Shown here in pieces: positions 1 through 7,447 of a DNA stretch of 64,000 bases. Position numbers and translations under genes: made by a program. The notes below the pieces were generated by a model. It did no database searches and was not told the DNA's origin. It was given only the letters and a program-made list of their open reading frames with translations. Within the stretch, counting starts at the first letter, position 1. Every line of letters begins with the position of its first letter. Origin of the DNA: an uncultured Eubacteriales bacterium (GTDB taxonomy: Bacteria; Bacillota; Clostridia; Peptostreptococcales; Anaerovoracaceae); assembly GCA_900315125.1 (NCBI GenBank), contig OMXT01000019.1, forward strand, positions 1,240-65,239, written 5' to 3'.

Positions 1-1070
1 ACGGCCGGAAGGTCCAGGCCTATATCAAGAACGAAAACACCGGAAAATGGGTGAAGAAGAAGACATTTACCACGGAGAACAAGGCGAAGGCGACGGTTAA
101 GATCACCTATCCCTCCAACTGGAAGAATCACTACAGTTCCAGCTGGAAAATCGTGGCGCCTTCCGTGACCCAGAACCTGGACAGCAGCGGCAAAGTCACG
201 TCGGACCAGGGAAAAACAGTTAAGGTCCGCACCATGCCCAGCGCGACGGTGAAGACCATCAAACTGAAGAATTCCGTCGGCAATATGGGTGCAGGCATCG
301 TCATGGATGAGAATGGAAATGTGATTTACGACCGCAATGCGACTAAGAAAATGTCGCCGGCGTCCATGTCCAAGATGATGACGTCGATCCTGATCGAAGA
401 AAAAATCGCCGGCAAGAACGTGAAGATCACATCCGCGGCGAAAAAGGAGATTGACGGGCTGTGGCCCGGGGGCCACTATGACAGCTATTCCAGCGGCAAT
501 GTCATAAAAGGCGCCGACGTGCAGTACGCCATGATGCTGCCCAGCGCAAACATCGTGGCTATATCCGCGGGTCATAAGATAAGCAAAACAACAAAGGCTT
601 TTGCGTCCCTTATGAACGAAAAGGCGAAGGCCATTGGCTGCAGCAGCACGACGGTGTATAAAAATGCAAGCGGCCTGGAAGGGGACGGTACGAACAACGG
701 CAAGGGCAACTGGTCCACCGCCTATGATCAGGCTTTGATCGGCCGATATATTATGACAAAAAGCAGCCTGAAAAATATCCGGACGGTGGTCAAAGCGTCA
801 AGCCATACGGTTCACTACTATACAAGCTCCGGCGGAACGCTGCGGTCACGCACCGTATACAACACCAATCCCTGCCTCGGCGAGCGGGGATGCGTCGGCC
901 TTAAGACAGGGACAGAAATCGTTGCCGGCAACTGCTTCTGCGGGGCCTTTGAGTACAAAGGCAAGACTTACATTACGGTCGTCATGCAGGCGGGAAGCAA
1001 GCGGACGGACACGTTCGCGCTCTATGATTATATGAAGTACTCATTGGAGCACGGCATTAAGAATTACTGA
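1..1070 (+). CDS. D-alanyl-D-alanine carboxypeptidase (serine-type, PBP5/S11 family), 5' end outside window
   Basis: The frame is open from the window edge to TGA 1068-1070, so the track start at 51 is an internal GTG. The translation carries SxxK (SMSK), SxN (SAN) and KTG (GLKTGTE) in the canonical order of serine DD-peptidases. Confidence 0.8.
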   Translation, partial: GRKVQAYIKNENTGKWVKKKTFTTENKAKATVKITYPSNWKNHYSSSWKIVAPSVTQNLDSSGKVTSDQGKTVKVRTMPSATVKTIKLKNSVGNMGAGIVMDENGNVIYDRNATKKMSPASMSKMMTSILIEEKIAGKNVKITSAAKKEIDGLWPGGHYDSYSSGNVIKGADVQYAMMLPSANIVAISAGHKISKTTKAFASLMNEKAKAIGCSSTTVYKNASGLEGDGTNNGKGNWSTAYDQALIGRYIMTKSSLKNIRTVVKASSHTVHYYTSSGGTLRSRTVYNTNPCLGERGCVGLKTGTEIVAGNCFCGAFEYKGKTYITVVMQAGSKRTDTFALYDYMKYSLEHGIKNY

Positions 1071-1214
1071 TGCCTTCGCTGTTCCGGGCCAAACAGCAGT
1101 GTCAAGGACAACTGCTGTTCCGGGCCAACCGCGGCTCCGGGTCAAACCGCAGTTTCGGGCCAAATTGCAGTCTCCCGCGGGCAGCCAGGGCTTTGCTGCG
1201 AAACAGCGATTACC

Positions 1215-1628
1215 TTATTTGTATAACCGCGAGGGCATCTTCAGTATCACATCTGCCATGTCGTATTCTATGATCATGGTCTCCGTAAAGGGATCCAGGG
1301 CCATGCCTTCTGCGTCCTTCTGGGAATGGGCCAGATCCGCGCACTCAGCAAAGGACATGTATGCCAGGTCAAATTCATCGGCATAGTCCGGCGGGAGCTG
1401 CTCTTTCTGTGAGAAGAGGGGCAGGTATTTCCGCCCGTCTGGATCTTCCATCAGGTCCGGCTTATGGCTTATGGGGATCAGGGGCACAATGAGAAGAGAA
1501 TCGCGGATACAGGCGAAGAGCCAGTCCAGCTGCTCCTTGGTTTTCTTGGTCTGGAAGCGGTGCTTGAGATATACCAGCTCACTTCCGTCTTTCAGCATCT
1601 CCTGGGTGAATTTAATATCTTCTTTCAT
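1215..1628 (-). CDS. hypothetical protein, SseB-like (tentative)
   Basis: 137-aa ORF converging on the carboxypeptidase gene. Segments such as LLIVPL and PDGRKYLPLFSQKEQL recall SseB N-terminal-domain proteins, from memory only. No catalytic motif seen. Confidence 0.4.
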   Translation of the reverse strand: MKEDIKFTQEMLKDGSELVYLKHRFQTKKTKEQLDWLFACIRDSLLIVPLIPISHKPDLMEDPDGRKYLPLFSQKEQLPPDYADEFDLAYMSFAECADLAHSQKDAEGMALDPFTETMIIEYDMADVILKMPSRLYK

Positions 1629-1900
1629 GATACATTCCTTTCTTCCTCAAATCGGCTCGTATCTCGTTTTTATATGCTCATTTTACCATGGGTCGTGCAG
1701 CGTGAACAATAGAATTATGATAGACAGTTACTGACAACTCGTAGTATAATAATTCTGTAAATATCCGAATGGGAGGGAGACCATCCGGAACTTGCATGCG
1801 GCGTCGGAATATGGCAGCGCATGGAAAAGCGCAGTGCTGTGTTCGCTGCAGCATGCACAGCTGCAGAGATAATGTAAGCGATAATGAAAGAGGTAATGAA

Positions 1901-3121
1901 ATGGCAAGTGGAATCAGAATCTATTCCGAAATCGGCGGTCTGAAGAAGGTCATGCTCCACCGCATCGACCACGAGGTAGAAGGACTGGTGCCGGAGAACT
2001 TTGAGCGGCTGCTCTTTGACGATATTCCCTATCTCAAGGTAGCGCAGCGGGAGCACGACAGTTTCGCCCAGGTGCTCCGGGAGAGCGGAGCCGAGGTCGT
2101 ATATCTCGTAGACGAAGTGGCGAAGACGCTGACCGATGATGAGCGGAAAGCGCAGTTTGTACAGGACATGCTGGACGGAGCAGGCATCAAGTCCCCGGGC
2201 GTTCGTGAGGCGCTGAACGATTATCTGCTGGCGAAGGAGCCTGCTGACATGGTCGCTGCGGTGATCCGGGGCATAAAGAAGGAAGATATTCCGGAAGTCA
2301 AGGCCAAGACACTGGCGGATATGATCAGTTCCGCTTATCCGTTTTTCCTGGATCCGCTGCCCAACGCATATTTCACAAGGGACCCGGGCGCCGTCGTCGG
2401 AGACGCGGTGACCGTCCACCCCATGTGCACAGAGACAAGAAAACGGGAAGCCATCATGTACAAGTATTTGTACAACTATAACAAAGACCTGGCTCCCGAG
2501 GGCACGGCGCTTCTGTATGATTACGACGGACAGCCCAGTCTGGAGGGCGGAGACATTCATGTTCTCAGTGACAAAGTCCTGGCTGTGGGCCTCAGCTCCA
2601 GAACAACGGCCCGGGCGATCGAAGCCTTCGCGAACAGCGTCTTCAGCCAGACTGGCTTTGAAAAGATTCTGGTTCTGGATATCCCGAAGACCAGGGCGTA
2701 TATGCATCTTGACACCCTGTTCACCATGGTCGACTATGACAAGTTCGCCATCCACCCGGGCATCGAGACGATCCCCCAGAAATTCGAGATCAGGAAGGGC
2801 GCCGGAGGCAAACCGGAGCTGACGGCAGTTACGGACTCTCTGAAGGATATGCTGAAGTCCGCGCTGGGTCTGCCGGCGGTCAAGCTGATCTACTGCGGCG
2901 GCGCAGACGCTCTGGCTGCCCAGCGCGAGCAGTGGAGCGACGCTGCCAACGTTCTTGCGGTAGAGCCGGGCAAGGTCATCGCCTACCAGCGCAACCACAT
3001 CACCAACGATATGCTGGATATCAACGGCATCGATGTGATCACCATCTCCGGATCCGAACTTTCGAGAGGCCGGGGCGGCACCCGCTGCATGTGCTACCCA
3101 ATCTACAGAGAAGATCTGTAG
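1901..3121 (+). CDS. arcA: arginine deiminase
   Basis: ATG 1901 is preceded by AAAGAGG; the track start at 1769 only adds 44 unrelated residues. The N-terminus (IRIYSEIGGLKKVMLHR...LLFDDIPYLKVAQREHD) and the C-terminal GGTRCM catalytic-Cys motif are typical of ArcA. Confidence 0.9.
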   Translation: MASGIRIYSEIGGLKKVMLHRIDHEVEGLVPENFERLLFDDIPYLKVAQREHDSFAQVLRESGAEVVYLVDEVAKTLTDDERKAQFVQDMLDGAGIKSPGVREALNDYLLAKEPADMVAAVIRGIKKEDIPEVKAKTLADMISSAYPFFLDPLPNAYFTRDPGAVVGDAVTVHPMCTETRKREAIMYKYLYNYNKDLAPEGTALLYDYDGQPSLEGGDIHVLSDKVLAVGLSSRTTARAIEAFANSVFSQTGFEKILVLDIPKTRAYMHLDTLFTMVDYDKFAIHPGIETIPQKFEIRKGAGGKPELTAVTDSLKDMLKSALGLPAVKLIYCGGADALAAQREQWSDAANVLAVEPGKVIAYQRNHITNDMLDINGIDVITISGSELSRGRGGTRCMCYPIYREDL

Positions 3122-3348
3122 GCACGATCCGGGCTGCCTGTATGTTTGTATAAACAATGCATAAACGTACAGAAATATCCTTGTATTACATTTATTTACC
3201 CGATATGATATTTACCGGAAGCCTGCGATATGCTTCCGACAGGACCGTCTGCCAATGCTTCGGCACACAGGCGGCCCTTGTTTTTTTGCCATTTTTCGTA
3301 TCATCCGGTCGTTCTGGCACTTTCGTCACCCGTCTATCTACGTGAGGG

Positions 3349-3376
3349 TTGACAACGATGGACGGAAGTGTATAAT
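3349..3376 (+). promoter_or_regulatory. sigma-70-type promoter upstream of bioY
   Basis: TTGACA (3349-3354), 16-nt spacer, TATAAT (3371-3376), about 100 nt upstream of the bioY start. Confidence 0.6.
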
Positions 3377-3383
3377 GAAATTA

Positions 3384-3416
3384 CCGTCACCCAGAAACAA
3401 CGCAGTAGGTTGACGG
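3384..3416 (+). promoter_or_regulatory. putative BirA-type operator (inverted repeat)
   Basis: CCGTCACC (3384-3391) - N16 - GGTTGACGG (3408-3416) lies immediately downstream of the -10 box of a biotin-transporter gene. The half-sites look like a GC-shifted version of the Firmicute BirA site (TGTTAACC ... GGTTAACA, from memory). Confidence 0.35.
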
Positions 3417-3473
3417 GCACTCGCTTCACGCAGGCGGGCATTAAATAAAATTCTTTCGAGGAGGCTATAAACG

Positions 3474-4037
3474 ATGAGAGACAGTAAAGTGAGAGATATG
3501 ACATGCATTGCCCTGATGGCGGCAGTGATCTGCATCCTGGGACCCCTTTCCATACCCATTGGACCGGTGCCCATTTCGCTGACGAACCTGGCGATCTTCT
3601 TCACGCTGTATATTATAGGAATGCGAAGGGGTCTGTGGTCCCTGGCAATTTACCTGCTGCTGGGTCTGGTGGGCATGCCCGTATTCTCCGGTTTTGCCGG
3701 CGGACCTCAGAAGCTGTTCGGACCCACCGGCGGATACATCATTGGCTTTATCTTCATGGCGCTGATCGCCGGCGTGATCATCGACAAACATTATAAAAAC
3801 CGCGTACTCTGCATCATCGCAATGGTCGTGGCCACCATCGTCCTGTACATTCTGGGAACCGCATGGCTCGCCTATTCCGCTCACATGACATTCCAGGCGG
3901 CGCTGGCCGTCGGCGTCATTCCCTTCGCCGCAGAGGATTTCGTGAAGATCCTGATCTGCGCCATCCTGGGACCGGTCCTCCGGGAACGTCTGGAGAAGGC
4001 CGGCGTGCTGCAGTACCGTACGGCGGTATCCCGCTGA
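3474..4037 (+). CDS. bioY: biotin transporter BioY (ECF S-component)
   Basis: 187-aa polytopic membrane protein with GPLSIPIGPVPISLTNLAIFF...GFAGGPQKLFGPTGGYIIGF, typical of the BioY family. The RBS GAGGAGG precedes the ATG. Confidence 0.85.
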   Translation: MRDSKVRDMTCIALMAAVICILGPLSIPIGPVPISLTNLAIFFTLYIIGMRRGLWSLAIYLLLGLVGMPVFSGFAGGPQKLFGPTGGYIIGFIFMALIAGVIIDKHYKNRVLCIIAMVVATIVLYILGTAWLAYSAHMTFQAALAVGVIPFAAEDFVKILICAILGPVLRERLEKAGVLQYRTAVSR

Positions 4038-4112
4038 TTTTTATAACAAAGCCCTGACTGGCGGCTATGTAGACCTCTTCAAAACTCGAGCTAGTATAAA
4101 TCGGATCTAAAA

Positions 4113-4444
4113 GTATATTATTTTCGCGCTAACAGTGATTTTGATAGAACTTTTCTGCTTTCGGGATTCAACTTTTTATATCAGAATGCTTGTTTCACTA
4201 CGATTGATAGAACTCTGACCCTTCAGGACCATGCCTGACCGTTCCGATCCAGCTGAAAAGTATATTTTTATCCATCCAGTGCTGTGTTTGATAGAACATT
4301 CGTCCCTCGCCGACCGCATGTTAGACAGCTGCGGCCGGTGGGATTATATTTTTTTGCATGAAATTTGCATTTTGATAGAACTTTTGCCTCTGGCGGTTCG
4401 AACAAAGTATATTTTTTCTGGTTCGGTCAACTGTTTGATATAAC
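4113..4444. repeat. array of five phased 38-bp bipartite elements
   Basis: The element is (G)TATAT(T/C) - variable centre - TTGATAGAAC (last copy TTGATATAAC). TTGATAGAAC starts at 4141, 4204, 4288, 4372 and 4435, giving spacings of 63, 84, 84 and 63 bp. The TATAT-to-GAAC distance is identical in all five copies. Ends are conserved and centres are not. Confidence 0.7.
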
Positions 4445-4492
4445 TTATGCTTCCCGGCGGGCTAGAAGGGCTGCCCGATAGAATCCGCCACG

Positions 4493-4527
4493 CAAAAGGG
4501 ACCGCCTCCAAACGAGGAGGCGGTCCC
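4493..4527 (-). terminator. rho-independent terminator of hcp
   Basis: Perfect 12-bp stem GGGACCGCCTCC (4498-4509) / GGAGGCGGTCCC (4516-4527). On the minus strand it is followed by TTTT (4494-4497), about 25 nt past the hcp stop. Confidence 0.75.
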
Positions 4528-4551
4528 GGATAGTAGTTTATTGATGTGGAA

Positions 4552-6120
4552 CTAGCCCAGAATAGCCTTCAGATCTTCTTCCGGTGTGGTAGTCGGTCCG
4601 ATGTTGAAGTTCTCTACCAGGTAGTTCAGAACGTTGGGCGACAGGAATGCCGGCAGTGAGGGTCCGAGCTTGATGTTCTTGATGCCCAGGCTCAGCAGCG
4701 TCAGCAGGATACATACCGCTTTCTGCTCGTACCAGGAGAGGACGATGGAGAGAGGCAGGTCGTTTACGCCGCAGCCAAAGGCCTCTGCAAGGGCGATGGC
4801 GACTTTCAGTGCGCTGTACGCGTCGTTGCACTGTCCCATGTCCAGGATGCGGGGCAGTCCGCCGATGGTTCCCAGATCCAGGTCGTTGAAGCGGAACTTG
4901 CCGCAGGCCAGGGTGAGGACCAGGGTATCTGCCGGTGTCTGCTTAACGAACTCTGTGTAGTAATTTCTGCCCGGTTTGGCTCCGTCGCATCCGCCTACGA
5001 GGAAGATGTGCTTCAGGGCGCCGGATTTAACGGCGTCTACAACGACGCCGGCGTTTGCCAGAACGGCGTCATGACCGAATCCTGTGGTAACCTGTGTTCC
5101 TCCGTTGATACCTGTCATGGGGTGATCTTCCGGATAGCCGCCCAGCTCAATCGCCTTGTTGATCACGGGGGTGAAGTCTTTGTCCTCGCCGATGTGAACA
5201 AGTCCCGGGAAGGATACGACTTCTGTGGTGAATACGCGGTCCTTATAAGAATCCTTCGGGGGCATCAGGCAGTTTGTGGTGAAGAGGAACGCGCCGGGAA
5301 CGTCAGCGAACTCCTTCTGCTGATTCTGCCATGCGGTGCCGAAGTTGCCCTTCAGGTGGGGGTACTTCTTCAGCTCAGGATAAGCGTGGGCAGGGAGCAT
5401 CTCGCCGTGGGTGTAAACGTTGACGCCCTTGTCCTTGGTCTGCTCCAGCAGTGTCTTGAGGTCGGTCAGGTCGTGGCCGGTAACAACGATGAAGGGTCCC
5501 TTCTCGATGGTCAGGGAAACAGTCGTAGGCTCCGGTTTGCCGAAGGACTCGGTGTTCGCCGTGTCCAGCAGAGCCATGCATTTCAAGTTGACCTGACCGG
5601 TCTTCATGACCAGAGGCAGGAGAGAATCCATGGTTCCGTCGCTGCCCACAGCAGCCAGTGCTTCATAGAAGAAGGAATTGACTTCCTTATCGGTATAGCC
5701 CGCGATCATTGCGTGATAAGCGTAGGCGGCCATGCCGCGGATGCCGAACAGGATCAGGGACTTCAGTGAGCGGATGTCCTCGTCGCCGTCCCATACCTGG
5801 CTCATGTCGTAGTCAGCGCCGGATGCTCCGGGAGCGACCTTCTGTGTCTCAGCGTGGATGGAATCGATACACGCCTGAACAGTCTCCGCGTTAAAATCTA
5901 CATTGGTGATCGTGGTGAAAAGTCCGGAGATCACCTTCTTATCTGTTTCCGGTGTTGCCTGAGCGCCGCCCTGGACAGCGTTTGCCAGTCCGATCAGCGC
6001 GCCGGTCAGCTTGTCCTGGAGGTTTGCTACATCTGCCGGCTTGCCGCATACGCCGGCGCCGCCCATGCATCCTTTGCAGCCTGCGGTCTGCTCACACTGG
6101 AAGCAAAACATCTTATTCAT
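4552..6120 (-). CDS. hcp: hydroxylamine reductase / hybrid-cluster protein
   Basis: N-terminal Cys cluster MFCFQCEQTAGCKGCMGGAGVCGKPADVANLQD and full-length resemblance to Hcp. The start is taken at ATG 6120, 8 nt after AAAGGAGG; the track start at 6141 has no RBS. Confidence 0.9.
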   Translation of the reverse strand: MNKMFCFQCEQTAGCKGCMGGAGVCGKPADVANLQDKLTGALIGLANAVQGGAQATPETDKKVISGLFTTITNVDFNAETVQACIDSIHAETQKVAPGASGADYDMSQVWDGDEDIRSLKSLILFGIRGMAAYAYHAMIAGYTDKEVNSFFYEALAAVGSDGTMDSLLPLVMKTGQVNLKCMALLDTANTESFGKPEPTTVSLTIEKGPFIVVTGHDLTDLKTLLEQTKDKGVNVYTHGEMLPAHAYPELKKYPHLKGNFGTAWQNQQKEFADVPGAFLFTTNCLMPPKDSYKDRVFTTEVVSFPGLVHIGEDKDFTPVINKAIELGGYPEDHPMTGINGGTQVTTGFGHDAVLANAGVVVDAVKSGALKHIFLVGGCDGAKPGRNYYTEFVKQTPADTLVLTLACGKFRFNDLDLGTIGGLPRILDMGQCNDAYSALKVAIALAEAFGCGVNDLPLSIVLSWYEQKAVCILLTLLSLGIKNIKLGPSLPAFLSPNVLNYLVENFNIGPTTTPEEDLKAILG

Positions 6121-6304
6121 CTGGAATTCCTCCTTTATCAACAGGATTCAGAAGTCCGGGGACTTCCTTTACTTTACAAACAATGTTATTCTTGATTACA
6201 GGAATAATGTACACCAATACGGGGAAATGGTACGTTGTAATTGCAACGAAAATCGAGAATTATATTTTTTCACATTTGTTTTAAGAGGTATTTCAGGAGA
6301 TATT

Positions 6305-7447
6305 ATGAAAATCATACACATGTCCGATCTTCATCTGGGAAAGCGGATCAGCGAGATCTCCATGCTGGAAGATCAGCGCTATATACTGGAAGAGATTCTG
6401 CAGATCATCCGACGGGAGGACCCGGACGCGGTGATCATCGCCGGGGATATCTATGACCGTTCCATGCCTCCGGAAGAGGCGGTGGCCCTTTTCGATGAGT
6501 TCCTCAGCAGGCTGTCCCAGGGCAGGCAGCAGACCATGATCATCAGCGGCAATCACGACTCCGCCCAGCGCATCGCCTTTGGGGCAAGGCTCATGGAGGG
6601 CAGCGGCATCCACATATCCCGTGTATACCGGGGGCCCCGGGAGCCGGTGGCGCTGAGTGACGAATACGGTCCCGTTTATTTCTGGCTCCTGCCTTTTATC
6701 AAGCCGGTCCACGTTCGCCGGTTCCATCCGGAGCTCGCTGCGGATTCGGATCAGTATACGGAGGCACTGAGAGCAGCCGTGCAGGAGCTGGATACGGATT
6801 ACAGCAAACGCAACGTGCTGGTCTGCCACCAGTTCGTGACGGGCGCCGCAAGGAGCGACTCCGAGGAAGTGAGCGTGGGCGGTCTGGACAATGTGGACGC
6901 TTCCGTGTTCCAGGACTTTGATTACACAGCCCTCGGGCACATACACAGGCCCCAGACCCTGGGAGGCGGAAGGATTCGCTACAGCGGCACGCCCCTGAAA
7001 TATTCGTTTTCTGAAGCGGGCGATCAGAAAAGCCTGACCCGGGTCATTCTTCGGGAGAAAGGAGATGTGGAGATCACGGAGATCCCCCTGACGCCCCTGC
7101 GGGACATGCGTGAGATTCGGGGATCCTTCGCGTCGCTGACGTCCATGTCTTATTACAAAGGCACGGCTGCGGACGACTATCTCCATGTGACGCTGACGGA
7201 CGAGGAATATGTGCCCGACGCCATCGGCAAGATGCGCTCCATCTACCCGAATATCATGAAACTGGATTATGATAACAAACGCACCGGCAGCAGCGCGGAG
7301 ATCGAGGAACCTGCCGATGCGGAGGACCGCACGCCCCTGGATCTGCTGGATGAGCTGTATGAGACTCAGAATGGTCAGCCCATGGGCGGGGAGCAGCGGA
7401 AACTGGCGTCGGACCTGATAGAAGAAATATGGGGGAAAGAACTATGA
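6305..7447 (+). CDS. sbcD: exonuclease SbcCD, nuclease subunit D (Mre11-like)
   Basis: MKIIHMSDLHLG, GDIYD, GNHD and GHIH phosphoesterase motifs. ATG 6305 follows AGGAGA; the track ORF start at 6011 overlaps hcp and is rejected. Confidence 0.9.
   Translation: MKIIHMSDLHLGKRISEISMLEDQRYILEEILQIIRREDPDAVIIAGDIYDRSMPPEEAVALFDEFLSRLSQGRQQTMIISGNHDSAQRIAFGARLMEGSGIHISRVYRGPREPVALSDEYGPVYFWLLPFIKPVHVRRFHPELAADSDQYTEALRAAVQELDTDYSKRNVLVCHQFVTGAARSDSEEVSVGGLDNVDASVFQDFDYTALGHIHRPQTLGGGRIRYSGTPLKYSFSEAGDQKSLTRVILREKGDVEITEIPLTPLRDMREIRGSFASLTSMSYYKGTAADDYLHVTLTDEEYVPDAIGKMRSIYPNIMKLDYDNKRTGSSAEIEEPADAEDRTPLDLLDELYETQNGQPMGGEQRKLASDLIEEIWGKEL

Noticed and set aside
1070-1386. ORFs 1070-1273 and 1099-1386 (plus strand) after the carboxypeptidase gene.
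   Set aside because: They are translations of the short tandem repeats and of the antisense of the SseB-like gene. They have no RBS and an R/S/G-rich low-complexity composition.
1715-3157. 480-aa minus-strand ORF antisense to arcA. Similar long antisense ORFs lie at 17356-18591, 20411-22060, 23151-25289, 25356-26345, 33032-35194, 35207-36478, 47655-48809 and 50901-53204.
   Set aside because: Each lies entirely opposite a well-recognised conserved gene. Each has an R/P/G/H-rich composition typical of the reverse frame of GC-rich coding DNA, with no RBS and no recognisable motif. They are treated as shadow ORFs.
4113-4444. Degenerate CRISPR array, or a real 70-aa ORF (4231-4443), in the bioY/hcp gap.
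   Set aside because: Only the two ends of each 38-bp element are conserved, which is the opposite of a CRISPR repeat. The 'spacers' are 25 or 46 nt, and no cas genes or leader are present. The ORF has no RBS and is just the translated AT-rich repeat.
6011-6304. N-terminal extensions proposed by the ORF track for sbcD (6011), arcA (1769), trxB (15123), dxr (19206), ylxR (31823), the EFR1 ferredoxin (35351), rbfA (36186), nrnA (36712), iorB (41431), paaK (41919), the URO-D gene (46758) and the nuclease-like gene (54108).
   Set aside because: The extensions overlap the preceding gene or intergenic DNA and show no similarity to the respective families. Internal starts have proper Shine-Dalgarno sequences and give family-typical N-termini.
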